This document shows, in pieces, positions 12,633 through 24,448 of a DNA stretch of 64,000 bases. Position numbers and translations under genes: made by a program. Origin of the DNA: Octopus vulgaris (lineage: Eukaryota); NCBI GenBank assembly GCA_951406725.2, contig OX597826.1:74338001-74402000 (forward strand), given 5' to 3'. Positions within the stretch are counted from its first letter, which is position 1. Each line of letters starts with the position of its first letter. The notes under the pieces were generated by a model that was not told the DNA's origin, did no database searches, and was given only the letters and a program-made list of their open reading frames with translations.

Positions 12633-12695
12633 TTTTTTACATTTACATATATATATATATAAGCGTCGACGTACCCTTCTTGATCTTATACGTAA

Positions 12696-12743
<48 letters not shown>

Positions 12744-12792
12744 AAAAAAAGTCAAGATAGAAAATGCTTAAATAATTTTATAAAAAACATTT

Positions 12793-12828
12793 CAGTACCG
12801 GTTTCAGTCATTGAGACTTTTTCAACTG
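12793..12828 (-). ncRNA. Minimal type-I hammerhead ribozyme, U3-A8 core variant
   Basis: Minus strand CAG-TTGAAAA-AGTC-TCAAT-GACT-GAAA-CCGG-TA-CTG: stem I CAG:CTG, stem II AGTC:GACT, palindromic stem III, GUA site. Confidence 0.7.
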
Positions 12829-12970
12829 TAACAATTAAACAACTAAATTTAGAAAAATTAAAAGAAAAGTTTTTTTTCTAAGACTATTTGTATAGTATTC
12901 AAATACAGGTGGCATTTTCCCTGTTTCTGCCTGTCCCTGCCTCTCTTGTTTACTCTTGTGGGTCCGAGGT

Positions 12971-13006
<36 letters not shown>

Positions 13007-13239
13007 AAATGGATAAATGAATTATCTTGTTAAGGATTATTCAAAATTTAACCGATACCTGGGTAGCAAAAATCACAACAGAAAAAACACGGTTGAAGTT
13101 ACGACCTTGGGGTGTCGCAACCGTGCCTTAGCGCGGATAATGGAATCCGAATTTGGAAATTTGCGGCCTTTGAAACATGTGTAGAAAATAATAAAAGGAA
13201 TTCTGTAGCATCTTCGTTCAGCTCCATTTCTTCCTTCAC

Positions 13240-13268
<29 letters not shown>

Positions 13269-13274
<6 letters not shown>

Positions 13275-13487
13275 GAGGGGGTGCTGAAAAGTTCCTGGTT
13301 TTGTGTAGAACAAAATACTAGATCAGTTGATTGTGATTTTATTCAACACATTTCCCTCTCAGATTCACATTTTTTTGCGGAGATCCTCCAGTTTTTCTAA
13401 GCCCTGTAAAAGAACTCGGAAGGTTGGACCTCCAACCAGACCTTTCGCGACACCATTAAAGCCGGGAACTTTTCAGCACCCCATGCC

Positions 13488-13492
<5 letters not shown>
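13269..13492. mobile_element. Tc1/mariner-type MITE in (TA)n
   Basis: TIRs ACGAGGGGGTGCTGAAAAGTTCCTGG / CCGGGAACTTTTCAGCACCCC...CGTGTA. Confidence 0.8.
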
Positions 13493-13559
<67 letters not shown>

Positions 13560-13796
13560 CTACCTCGAAACTGCGGTCCGTGCGTATCACTTAGGCTTAC
13601 GAGAGAGGGATGACCTCCCTTTACAAATACCATAAGGGCACAGATAGTGTGTCTAAAGCCAACTGTAGACGATGATCTCCTGGGGCTACAAGCTACAGTA
13701 ACACCCACCCTTAGTGGTTAGCCATATTGAGATGACGCTTATACTTTACGTTGTCGAGCGGTTACTGTTTACATCTCGTTCAGAGAATTATTATTG

Positions 13797-13845
<49 letters not shown>

Positions 13846-13855
13846 TTATATTATT

Positions 13856-14494
13856 GAACGCCACGCATCTTCTTCCAAGTAAGTTTTATCTTAATAATTC
13901 TGATGCGCTCTCTATACGATCTTTTTACTCTTTCGTTTTTCTCTCTTTCTATCTCTTATTCTTTTACCTTCTCTTCTCCCACTATTCTATCCCATTACTT
14001 GTCACTCTCTCTCCCTCACTCCTCTTTCTTTGCTCACGTGGCCCTCGTGACCATCGGCCATTTTTCTTTCTTCTAATTCGTGTTTCTTTCTCTCCTTTGT
14101 AGCTGGAACAAGGAAGACGCGTTTTTGTTTGTCTCCTGTCCAAGCTTGATTAATGCGTTCGCCATCACAACCTCGTTTAGCTTAACAGCCCTTCCTGTTT
14201 GTTTTAACCGTCCTGTTTGTGTTACCGATTTTGACCCTCCACAAAATCCCAAATTTTATTTAGTTTGCTTTGCGGGAACAACTGTTTTATCGAAAGCGCA
14301 TATTGTTGTTAAATGTTCGAAATACGAGACTAGCAAAAACAGCCAACAACTGATGAAGGCTCATTCTTTATGTTGTTTGTCTTGTTTTCCATTTGTGTCT
14401 TTTGTTGTTCGAAAAAATAGTTCATATTCCTTGTACACGTACTTCGTATTTTTTGTTGCACATGTTTCGTGACGTCCTGCGTCCACATATTCAT

Positions 14495-14541
<47 letters not shown>

Positions 14542-14650
14542 CGTATAGATATAAGTATGTACATATACGTATGTAAATATATATATATATATATTATTTA
14601 TGTTATTACACAATAGAACACCACGCATCCTCTTCCAAGTATGTTTTATC
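13856..14650 (+). mobile_element. TA-embedded non-coding repeat unit plus the start of a second head-to-tail unit (period 760 bp)
   Basis: GAAC(G/A)CCACGCATC(T/C)TCTTCCAAGTA(A/T)GTTTTATC at 13856 and 14616; homologous to 38545-39203. Confidence 0.75.
14297..14360 (+). ncRNA. Putative C-B-A permuted hammerhead (copy 2)
   Basis: CGCA-TA-TTGTTG / TTAAATG / TTC-GAAA-TACG / 17-nt linker / CAACAA-CTGATGA-AGG; stem I TTGTTG:CAACAA is perfect. Confidence 0.55.
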
Positions 14651-14673
14651 TATATATATACATATATATATAC

Positions 14674-14714
<41 letters not shown>

Positions 14715-15169
14715 AATATATATACATACATATATATAATGTTTCTCCCAGCTCGCCGCGTTTAAGCATTTCGCCCGGCGTGCTAACGTTTTTCCCAGCT
14801 CGCCGCTTTCACAAGCAACCAATAATACTAAAATTAAAAAGTGTAGAAAAATATACAAAACGCTGTGAAAGTGGATTTATTAACAAACTGCAATTTATTA
14901 TGAAAGTCTTGCATTTTCGTCGTAACAAGCAAAGTTCAGATCAATGTGACCGCCAGCTATCACATCTATTCTCCTCCGACAGTTGCCATACTTTAATTGC
15001 CAAGTATTCATCAAGTCACTCATTTGGATGTGTAGCAGGTGAGAAGAATGCTCCAAGTCAGCAGTGAAAACTTGACAATTATTGTGTTGAGACTCTGTAC
15101 AAGGCAGACGGCTCTATTTACTTGTTAGCTGCGACGACACACAACTTTCAAACCTCACCGATAAACAGA

Positions 15170-15995
<826 letters not shown>

Positions 15996-17108
15996 CGCCA
16001 AATGTTGAAAACGATTAAAGAAGACGTAGAAGGTGTATTGGGGGTAAAACACGGTTTTAACTGAACTGAAGCCATGTTGTAGTTTGGGGAGATTTTGTCA
16101 GTTGCTTATTGAGGAGAGAATGTCGTTTCAGTATTTTATTTTCGCCTTTTCTCTGCAGATTGTAAGGAAAAGAAAAGAGGCTTAGCTATGTATATCAGTA
16201 TTTGTACAACTTGAATCATCTTGTGTGGCTGTTATAAACTGGAGACTAAACAAACACACACCATGGATCCCAGTGTGGCAGAGTGAGGGGAATTAAAGCT
16301 GGCTAAAATTATATCGATTCCCCTTGAATAAATAAATGGGTTCTGTTTCAACTGCCAAACTTAGAATTTCTCGTTTAAGTTCTTGGTATTTCCAACAGTT
16401 GCTCTATTGGACGACAACCAACTAACGATATACTATAGAAACGAGTGGGAAAAGTTATTATATATACAGAAGATATTGAAACTTCTTTGATGGGTTCTCT
16501 ATTGATAACAGGAATTCATGCAACGGAAGAGGGATATCATATATCGAGATGTAGTGAAGTAAATAAACATTCAGTTTTATTATTTAACAGGATAGCATTA
16601 ATTGATATTTTATTTAAGTTGCAGTTATGAAAAATATATTCGTTTTAATTCTATTTTCCCTCTTCTATTTCAGATGTGACCAGCGTTACAAAGTCAGTAA
16701 ACCCGAGGAACCAATCCAAGTATGCTATGATATTTATGTATCAGTCCAAGTATACGACGACAGCGAGGTGACACCCGAGATTTCTGCAATCAAATATATC
16801 TTTAATCACCTCTAAACACCTCGTTTCAACAGAGAAAATAGCAAATTAAATATTTTTATGCTTATAAATCCTGAAGTCAGTCAGCTATCATGAAATCAAA
16901 TTTTCATCTTTATTTCTGTGGTCAGATCAATGTTTCTCTCGTCTAGCTGCAAATAGATACCATGAAGAGGTATAGTTATCTACCGTAGTCACTGGGATCA
17001 TCTTGTAGATGACGAGTGCTTCATTACTTTCCAGTTCAGAGATTAAATCTCTGTGAGTATAACATACGATGGATATAACTTGTTTGAGTAGAATAATACG
17101 TGACAGTA

Positions 17109-17320
17109 AGGCGGCAGGCTGGCAGAATCGTTAGCACGCCGGGTGAAATGCTAAGCGGAATTTTGTCTGCCGCTACGTTCTGATTTCAAATTCCGCCGAG
17201 GTTGACTTTGCCTTTCATCCTTTCGGGGTAGATAAATTAAGTACCAGTTGTATACTGCGGTCGATCTAATAGACTGGTCCCCACTCAAATTTCGGGCCTT
17301 GTGCCTTGAGTAGAAAAGAA
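17109..17320 (+). mobile_element. SINE family A
   Basis: Head GGCGGCAGGCTGGCAGAATCG, core, and tail GGGCCTTGTGCC...AGTAGAAAAGA. Confidence 0.85.
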
Positions 17321-18267
17321 TAGTTGCTGCCGAGAGTTGAAATTTTCTAAAGAGCGATGCAGCTTGTATCAGGAGATATTTCAGCAAATACTTAGCGAAA
17401 AGTATAAATATTAAATCGCTTTGAAAATATCGTGACAGGTATTCAATAGAACGGAGTTTAGTGAGCCATGTGACACCAAATATCTTGTTTAATATTTATT
17501 GATCACTACGAAACCTAAACTGTAATATTAAAGTAGAGTTGCACGCAGTGAGTAGCGTGACATCAAACAAGAAGCGTGAATTCAAGTGATTTATCTTGCG
17601 TATGGAACGTAGCAATAAGTGCATCTATTAGATTCCCGAGGAAAGCAGACATATAAGCACAATATATGTCCATCTATGTGCACACTGTCACCACAGACCT
17701 ACCACTATGACCATGTCACATTTTCTAAATACTTGGTACCTTCTTAAACAATTTCTCGGCAGAGATTTGATCCTCGGCTCTGCGAAGTGCCTCCTAATAA
17801 ACGTAGATTTTATTTCAACTGCTTCGTCATGAAACCAGAAACTGGAGTAAAATTACATTTAGATTAATTTTCAGCAGTATCATTCAAATGTCCATAGAAA
17901 TCTACCCTTTGTTCGTTGATATCCTAAGCAACAAAATTGTACATACATGCGCGCAGCGAAAATGACCGTAATGTTAAAAATATCGCTTTACAACCATGAG
18001 GTTTCGGATTCGATTCCACCGCTCGGCACCTCGAGTAAGTGTTTTCCACAATAGTTTCGTTTCTGGTTGACCAAAAACGAACCTTGTGAGTTAAATTTGG
18101 TGGTCGAAAGATGTATGGAACTCAGCGTGTTAGGGTGTGGATGTGTACCGTTTCAAAGGCAAAGGGAATCAAATCTGTTTATTACAAAATGGGTCTTAAA
18201 AGACTGGTTCTGTTTCCTAAAACACAGGACTAGTTTTTTGATAATCTTTATTTTCATGTCTGTACAA

Positions 18268-18690
18268 GACGGCGAGCTGGCAGAAACTTAAGCACACCGG
18301 GCGAAATGCTTAGTAGTACTTCACCTGTCTTTACGTTCTGAGTTCAAATTCCGCCGAGGTCGATTTGTCTTTCATCCTTTCGGGGTCGATAAAATAAGTA
18401 CCAGTTGCGTACTGGATCAATCTAATCGACTGGCCCCCTGTCCCCCAAAATTTTGGGCCTTGTGCCTAGAGTAGAAAAGAATCGTTAGCACGCTGGACAA
18501 AATGCTTAGCAGCATTTTTGATCGCCGAGGTCGAGTTTGCTTTTTCATCCTTTCGCGTGAAAGTGGGGGTGGGGTGGGGAGTCGATGAAGCAAATACCAG
18601 TTGAGCACTGGGGTGGGGTGAGGGTTCAATGTAATCCATTACCCCCACCTCCTTCCAAATTTCAGGCATTGTGCCTATATTAGAAGGGAT
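18268..18690 (+). mobile_element. Two tandem family-A SINEs
   Basis: Two successive head/core copies. Confidence 0.8.
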
Positions 18691-18978
18691 TATTTTCGTG
18701 TGTGTATGTATGGCGGAATGATACCATGCCATTTGGAGAAAGTCGTGGTGGAGGGATTAAAGAATGATACGAGCGTGACAGCGAGACAATAAAAATAAAT
18801 TATCCATGGGAATGTCATGAGGAAAAGGCCGAGGTGGTAATGGAAAGGGGAGTAGTAGTAGTAGTAGTAGTAGTGTTAGTTGTTGTGGTGGTGTTGGTGT
18901 TGGTGTTGGTGGGAAGAGGAGGAGGCACATGAGCAGGAAGTAATCTCGAGGTTGTAAGATTAGAATCAAGCTTCGAAC

Positions 18979-19010
<32 letters not shown>

Positions 19011-19272
19011 CCACCACCACCACCACCACCACCACCACCACCACCACCACCACCTTTGGTCCAAACAGTCCCCTGTGAAATATATCAGCCGGTAGTCTAG
19101 TTCTGTCATGGCTGCCATCAGGTCCGGTAGAGGAGGAGGAGGAGGAGGAGGAGGAGTATGTAGTGCGTGGGTTTGTAGGGGTTATGTAGAGGAAGCGGGA
19201 CTTTTTTTTTCATGGAGGTGAGGAAGGGTGTATGAATTGTTTAAGAAGGTGAGCTTACATAATTATAAATAC

Positions 19273-20022
19273 AGGCGCAAGCATGGCTGTGCGGTTAAGA
19301 AGCTCGCTCTACAACCACGTGGTCTTGGGTTCAGTTCCGCTGTACGGTACTTTGGGCAAGCGTCTTCTACTAATGCCTTGGGAGTTAATTTGGTAAACGG
19401 AAACTGTGTGGAAGCCAGTCGTATACACACATATGTGTGCGTTGTGTGTGTGTGCTGTGTCTTTGTATTTGTAGCCCCATCGCTTGACGAGCGTTGTTTG
19501 TTTGTTTACATCCCCCCCCCTAACGCTAGACAAGCACACACACACACACACACACACAGAGTATGAAATTAGCATAGTGGAAAATGGCCGAAAAGGGACA
19601 AAGGCACAAATATTTATATTTAGGGCTTCGTCCGTTGTTGAACGAAGTTACGCAGTTTCGGCAATTTTAATAACAATAATATACACATAATACACAATCT
19701 TTTAATCTTTTATTTGTTTCAGGCATTTGACTGCGGCCATGCTGCAGCACCGCATCTAGTCGAACAAATCGACCCCAGGATTTATTCTTTGTAAGCCTAG
19801 TACTTATTCTATTGGTCTCTTATGCCAAACCGCTAAGTTACGGGGACGTAAGCACACCCACATCAGTTGTCATGCGATGGTGGGGGGACAAACAAAGACA
19901 CACAAACACACACACACATATATAGATATATACGACGGGCTTCTTTCAGTTTCCGTCTACCAAATCCACTCACAAGGCTTTGGTCGGCCCAAGGCTATAG
20001 TAGAAGAGACTTGCCCAAGGTG
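19273..20022. mobile_element. Two family-B SINEs in opposite orientation (19273-19535 +, 19700-20022 -)
   Basis: Homology to 722-1127. Confidence 0.75.
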
Positions 20023-20110
20023 CGATACACATATATTATTTATATATATATACATGTATTACATATATCTGTATATATATATACATACGCGCGCACACAC
20101 ACTCATACGA

Positions 20111-20180
<70 letters not shown>

Positions 20181-20183
<3 letters not shown>

Positions 20184-20352
20184 CTTTATTTAAAAGCAGC
20201 AGAAATATCACAAAAACTGTTACTCAGAGTTTCACGTTCCCGTTCGTCGGACAGTTTTGTTTAGATTCTAAAAGAAAACTGTCCGACGAACGTGAACATG
20301 AAACTCTGAGTAACAATTTTTGCGATATTTCTGCTGCTTTTAAATAAAGCAT
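20181..20352. mobile_element. Inverted-repeat PLE-like terminus carrying two divergent hammerheads
   Basis: Arms 20181-20258 and 20275-20352, next to (TA)n. Confidence 0.8.
20213..20258 (-). ncRNA. Minimal type-I hammerhead ribozyme (U4C core variant)
   Basis: Minus strand AAAACTGT-CCGACGA-ACG-GGAA-CGT-GAAA-CTCTGAG-TA-ACAGTTTT: 8-bp stem I, GNRA-capped stem II; a degenerate mirror copy lies at 20275-20320 (+). Confidence 0.7.
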
Positions 20353-20430
20353 ATTACTCTACCTTTGGTATTTGAGTGCTCTTTTTTCTACTTTGTTTCA
20401 CATTTATGTGCTTACTCCGATATATATATA

Positions 20431-20615
20431 TAATCAGCCGAAATTGCGAAGATGATCCGGTTCTTGACTGATGATTGAGGGCTTCGAATGTTCCGTCCGT
20501 GTTTTTTGTGTCGTCTTCTAAATGTTTCACGTTCTTGTCCCAGTTTGTATATTTTTTTACTTTTACATATATACATGGCGGCTACGTACCCACTTTTTGA
20601 CCCTATACGTAAGTA
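20431..20615 (+). mobile_element. TA-embedded repeat with hammerhead strands in B-then-A order, 5'-truncated
   Basis: AGCC-GAAA-TTGCG (20436-20448) precedes TTCTTGA-CTGATGA-TTGA-GGGCT (20461-20483); homologous to 12535-12695. Confidence 0.6.
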
Positions 20616-20618
20616 TAT

Positions 20619-20681
<63 letters not shown>

Positions 20682-20790
20682 GCTTGCTCGCTTAGCCAGC
20701 GGGGTGGCGTCGTTCGAAGGCTAAAACAATGCGAACGCATTGTGACCAGCGATGTGTTGCAACATCTGATGGTCTGGTCAGTCACGTGAT

Positions 20791-20821
<31 letters not shown>

Positions 20822-20901
20822 ATTGATATTATTATTGATAGAAAGAGTATGAAGACTTGTACATCCACAAAATTTATTTTATAGTTATCTACAACATATT
20901 A

Positions 20902-21671
20902 AGATCTTTTTTGTTTGGCTGTGAACATTTCAAAGTTTATTGAAAATTTGAAAATTTAGTGTATTAATGTAGTTTTACAAACTGAATATCAGGAGATATT
21001 TCACTTTCTTCAGAAAAATTTTCTAAAAAACTTATAAATGTTTAAAGTTTGATTATTTTCACTCTGTCAGAAAACATGCTTTGGAAACTGTCATTTTGTG
21101 CGTGACAGCATGTGTTGTCGACTGCAAACAAATGAAATATTGGCAGAATTCTGCTTTATGCATGCCATTCGTCTGATAACTTTTTTATTTTTTGGAATTT
21201 TCAGAAAATTTTTACGAATTTGTATTCTACAGTCGGGAATTCAAGTGATTCTGCAAACCCGTCCCTCCAACCAAAAATTGGGGTGGTGGTGGTGCGTTAT
21301 TTAAGGCCTGTTTGACTGTTATTTTTAGCACACCTCTCGACTAGGGTACAAGTAGCAGATGGGCAGAAGCAGCAGAACACAACGTCGTTACACATGCTTT
21401 CAAGTAGAATGTATTTGTCGACACAAACAAAGGAGTTCTCATGTTTGGCTTGTTACTATGGAAACAAGCATGAATGCATCTGTGGCTTACGATTGGCCAA
21501 AATTACACAAAATTTGCAAAATTTAAAAGCTCATAACTTTTATTGATTTATAGCGAAAATGAATTTCATGGCATTAATTGACATATAAAACTACATCATT
21601 ACACCAAATATTAAATCATTTCGAAAAGAAATTGAAGAGATTGAAAATTGGCAGCCAACCAGAAAAGGTCT
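20902..21671. mobile_element. 770-bp non-autonomous TIR element with 8-bp TSD
   Basis: Termini AGATCTTTTTTGTTTGGCTG / CAGCCAACCAGAAAAGGTCT; TSD ACATATTA/GCATATTA; the empty site is visible at about 22270-22320. Confidence 0.7.
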
Positions 21672-21683
21672 GCATATTATAAT

Positions 21684-21766
21684 GACCTACACGTGTTTCC
21701 GCTGCAGCGATTACTCACTGTTGGAAAAGCAACATTGCATTATTGTTAATGCAGCTTCATCAGGTT
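21684..21766 (-). ncRNA. Type-I hammerhead with extended stem II (left-arm copy, one stem I mismatch)
   Basis: Mirror of 22083-22167. Confidence 0.6.
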
Positions 21767-22082
21767 CCGTCCATTTGGTCATCTTCGAAATGAACTGATT
21801 GAAGTAGATTTTTGTTAGAGTTCTGTAGGAGTTGGGGTGGGAGTTGTTATTTATAGGCACGTGCTGCTGACCTCAAATTCACACCAGTCGCTGCTCAAAG
21901 TTAGGGTTTGGTCAAAAATAGGTCATGGTCGAATTTGTGTTTTTGTAAGGTTCTTTGTCGGACAGCAACTGGTGTGAATTTGAGGTCAGTAGTACATGCC
22001 TATAAATAACAACCCCCACCTCCTACAGAACACTAACAAAATCTACTTCCATCAGCTCACTTTGGAGATGACCAAATGGACA

Positions 22083-22167
22083 GACCCTGATGAAGCTGCA
22101 CCGACAATAATGCAAGGTTGCATTTTCCAACAGTGAGTAGTCGCTGCAGCGGAAACACGTGTAGGTC
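22083..22167 (+). ncRNA. Type-I hammerhead ribozyme, canonical core, extended stem II
   Basis: GACC-CTGATGA-A-GCTGCA-(44 nt)-TGCAGC-G-GAAA-CACGTG-TA-GGTC; palindromic stem III. Confidence 0.75.
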
Positions 22168-23156
22168 ATTATAATATGCAGACCTTTCCTGGTTGGCTGC
22201 CAATTTTCAATCTCTTCAATTTCTTTTCAAATTGATTTAATATTTGATGCAGCGGAAACACATGTAGGTCATTATAATATGCTGTTTATAACTGTAAAAT
22301 ATATTTTGTGGATGTACAAGTCTCCACCATACTCTTTATTCTTATTAATATTAACATATACTCCAGAAAATTTTTACCGTTCAGCGAAGTGTACACGGAA
22401 TTACCATTCGGAAGAATTCACAGAGTGACTGGCGACAAATTGTACTCACAGACGTTAAATACTGACCGTAGTGGTTAGCCGTTAACTGGAATTTAACTGA
22501 GAGCTAATACGGTATCCACTCGGATAATGCATCCCTTCAAACTCACTTATAAATACACACACACGTACACACCATCATATACAATGTTACTAATACACAA
22601 GTAGACACATGGATACACTAAGAGCGCACAGATACGTACAGTTACATAAGCCGTATACATACACGCATGCAAGGATGGACTCAAAAGGATTACAAACGCC
22701 AACATTTCCTTGAATTTGCGTTTAATTCTCAGTACGAGGTATACATAAACAGCCATCAATTACTATACACATACACACAAACAAACAGACATACGTAGAC
22801 ACACCCACACACAACACACACACATTCCCTTACATATAGCTAAACAGACGAACACCCACCCGTTTGTATATATTATATACAAACACCTAATCATTTCACC
22901 GACAAGTACACCCATTCCCGATACACGAACTAACATACTCTTATAAATACACAAACATAAATGGACATCCGCATATTCCAATCCATACATACACACATAC
23001 ATGCGTACGCACGTACGCACAAAGATCCACATATCTGCATAGACATGCACAAACGCCCAAACATCCTAATACATACCTACAATACAAATATATACAATAT
23101 ACATATATACAAATATATACATACGCCCATTCGAACACAAACATTCAGTTCTACAC

Positions 23157-23236
23157 GGCGGGCATATGGCGTAGTGGTTAAGAGCGCGGGCTACTAATCC
23201 CAAGATTCCGATTTCGATTCCAGACACTTACCTGAA

Positions 23237-23304
<68 letters not shown>

Positions 23305-23435
23305 ATAATAATAATAATAATAACATCGAAAAATACCTTAGGAATCAGAACCCAGCTTCGAAATTTCCCCAAGACTCCTGATGAAGGCTGGAGAGTATAT
23401 CCGCCGAAACGTTGTGATAGCAACAAACAAGATAT
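23157..23435 (+). mobile_element. tRNA-headed SINE-like element with internal (TAC)n(TAA)n and a degenerate hammerhead in its tail
   Basis: Head GGGCATATGGCGTAGTGGTTAAGAGCGCGGGCTACTAATCCCAAGATTCCGATTTCGATTCC; tail CTGATGA-A-GGCTGGA...TCCGCC-GAAA-CG-TT at 23378-23413. Confidence 0.6.
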
Positions 23436-23567
23436 GATATATATGATATATATATATATAGTAAATCCAAAAATGCGAAGAACAAACACGAGAAAAAAAA
23501 ACCAACAACGCGAGGATGTGGTACATACAAAGTATTAGCAGACGCTCAGGGAAGAAAAGAAAGGTGG

Positions 23568-23600
23568 CTTTACGTTTCGAGCAAAGCTCTTCTTCGGAAA
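23568..23600 (-). ncRNA. Minimal hammerhead motif (U4C variant)
   Basis: Minus strand TTT-CCGAAGA-A-GAGC-TTT-GCTC-GAAA-CG-TA-AAG, inside a TA-flanked repeat of about 23460-23680. Confidence 0.5.
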
Positions 23601-24126
23601 CAGGAGACAGGGGAAAGTTCAAGAGAAAAGGAAGACGGTGGAAAAAAGTCGCCAACGATTCACATGTGGTTTCATTTTTAAAAAATATATATAGTTTAAA
23701 AATAGGATAAAATCTTTATAAGAATTTATCAAGTAGTTAGCGTGAAATCCACCAATTTTTTCACTTAAATATATTTATTTATATTATATAGAGGGCATTA
23801 CTATACATAAATGCCACACGCTAGGCGGGACTCTTAAAGCCAAAACTACCAAAATAAATAAACACATCATATCGAATGCAACTCTCGAAGCAAGTCATTT
23901 AAAAACGGAATTTAGCTGCAGATCACCGCGATTTCATAACTAGTGCAGTAATGCACTTTTTAATCATAATTCAATGTTTATAACGAATGAACAAAATCAA
24001 CATACCAGATGAGCAACCAATATATCCAACGTAGCATATAGAAATGTTCACCCTTTATACATCTATGTAAATGGTGGGCTTTTTTGAATTGCATTTCGGT
24101 AACAACGTGCTTATTCCGTAGATAGA

Positions 24127-24162
<36 letters not shown>

Positions 24163-24417
24163 AAAACAGATAGATAGATAGATAGATAGGTATGTAGCTA
24201 GATAGATAGACTGATAGACAGACAGACAGACAGACAGATATATATATATAGATAGATAGATAGATAGAACAACCTTCAAATATGACTTGTTTATAGTGAC
24301 CAAATGTTTGTGCTCTAAATGAGCTCACTCCCGCCATTCAAATTGACATTGTCTGAACAGTGCACAGTTTGCCACACGGCAGATGTGGGCGACAATCACA
24401 GAGACAAAGCACATACG

Positions 24418-24448
<31 letters not shown>

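Larger units (their letters stand above)
20825..22355. mobile_element. Large inverted-repeat PLE-like element with hammerheads, interrupted by a TIR transposon
   Basis: Inner arms about 21604-21893 and 21963-22249; outer arms about 20825-20901 and 22275-22355. Confidence 0.75.

Noticed and set aside
20780-20800. Tandem CACGTG E-boxes
   Set aside because: Part of a SINE 3' tail next to (TA)n, not evidence of a dedicated enhancer
23915-23970. GTGCA-GTAA-TGCAC hairpin near a minus-strand GAAA in a TA-flanked repeat
   Set aside because: Core nucleotides and spacing do not fit a hammerhead
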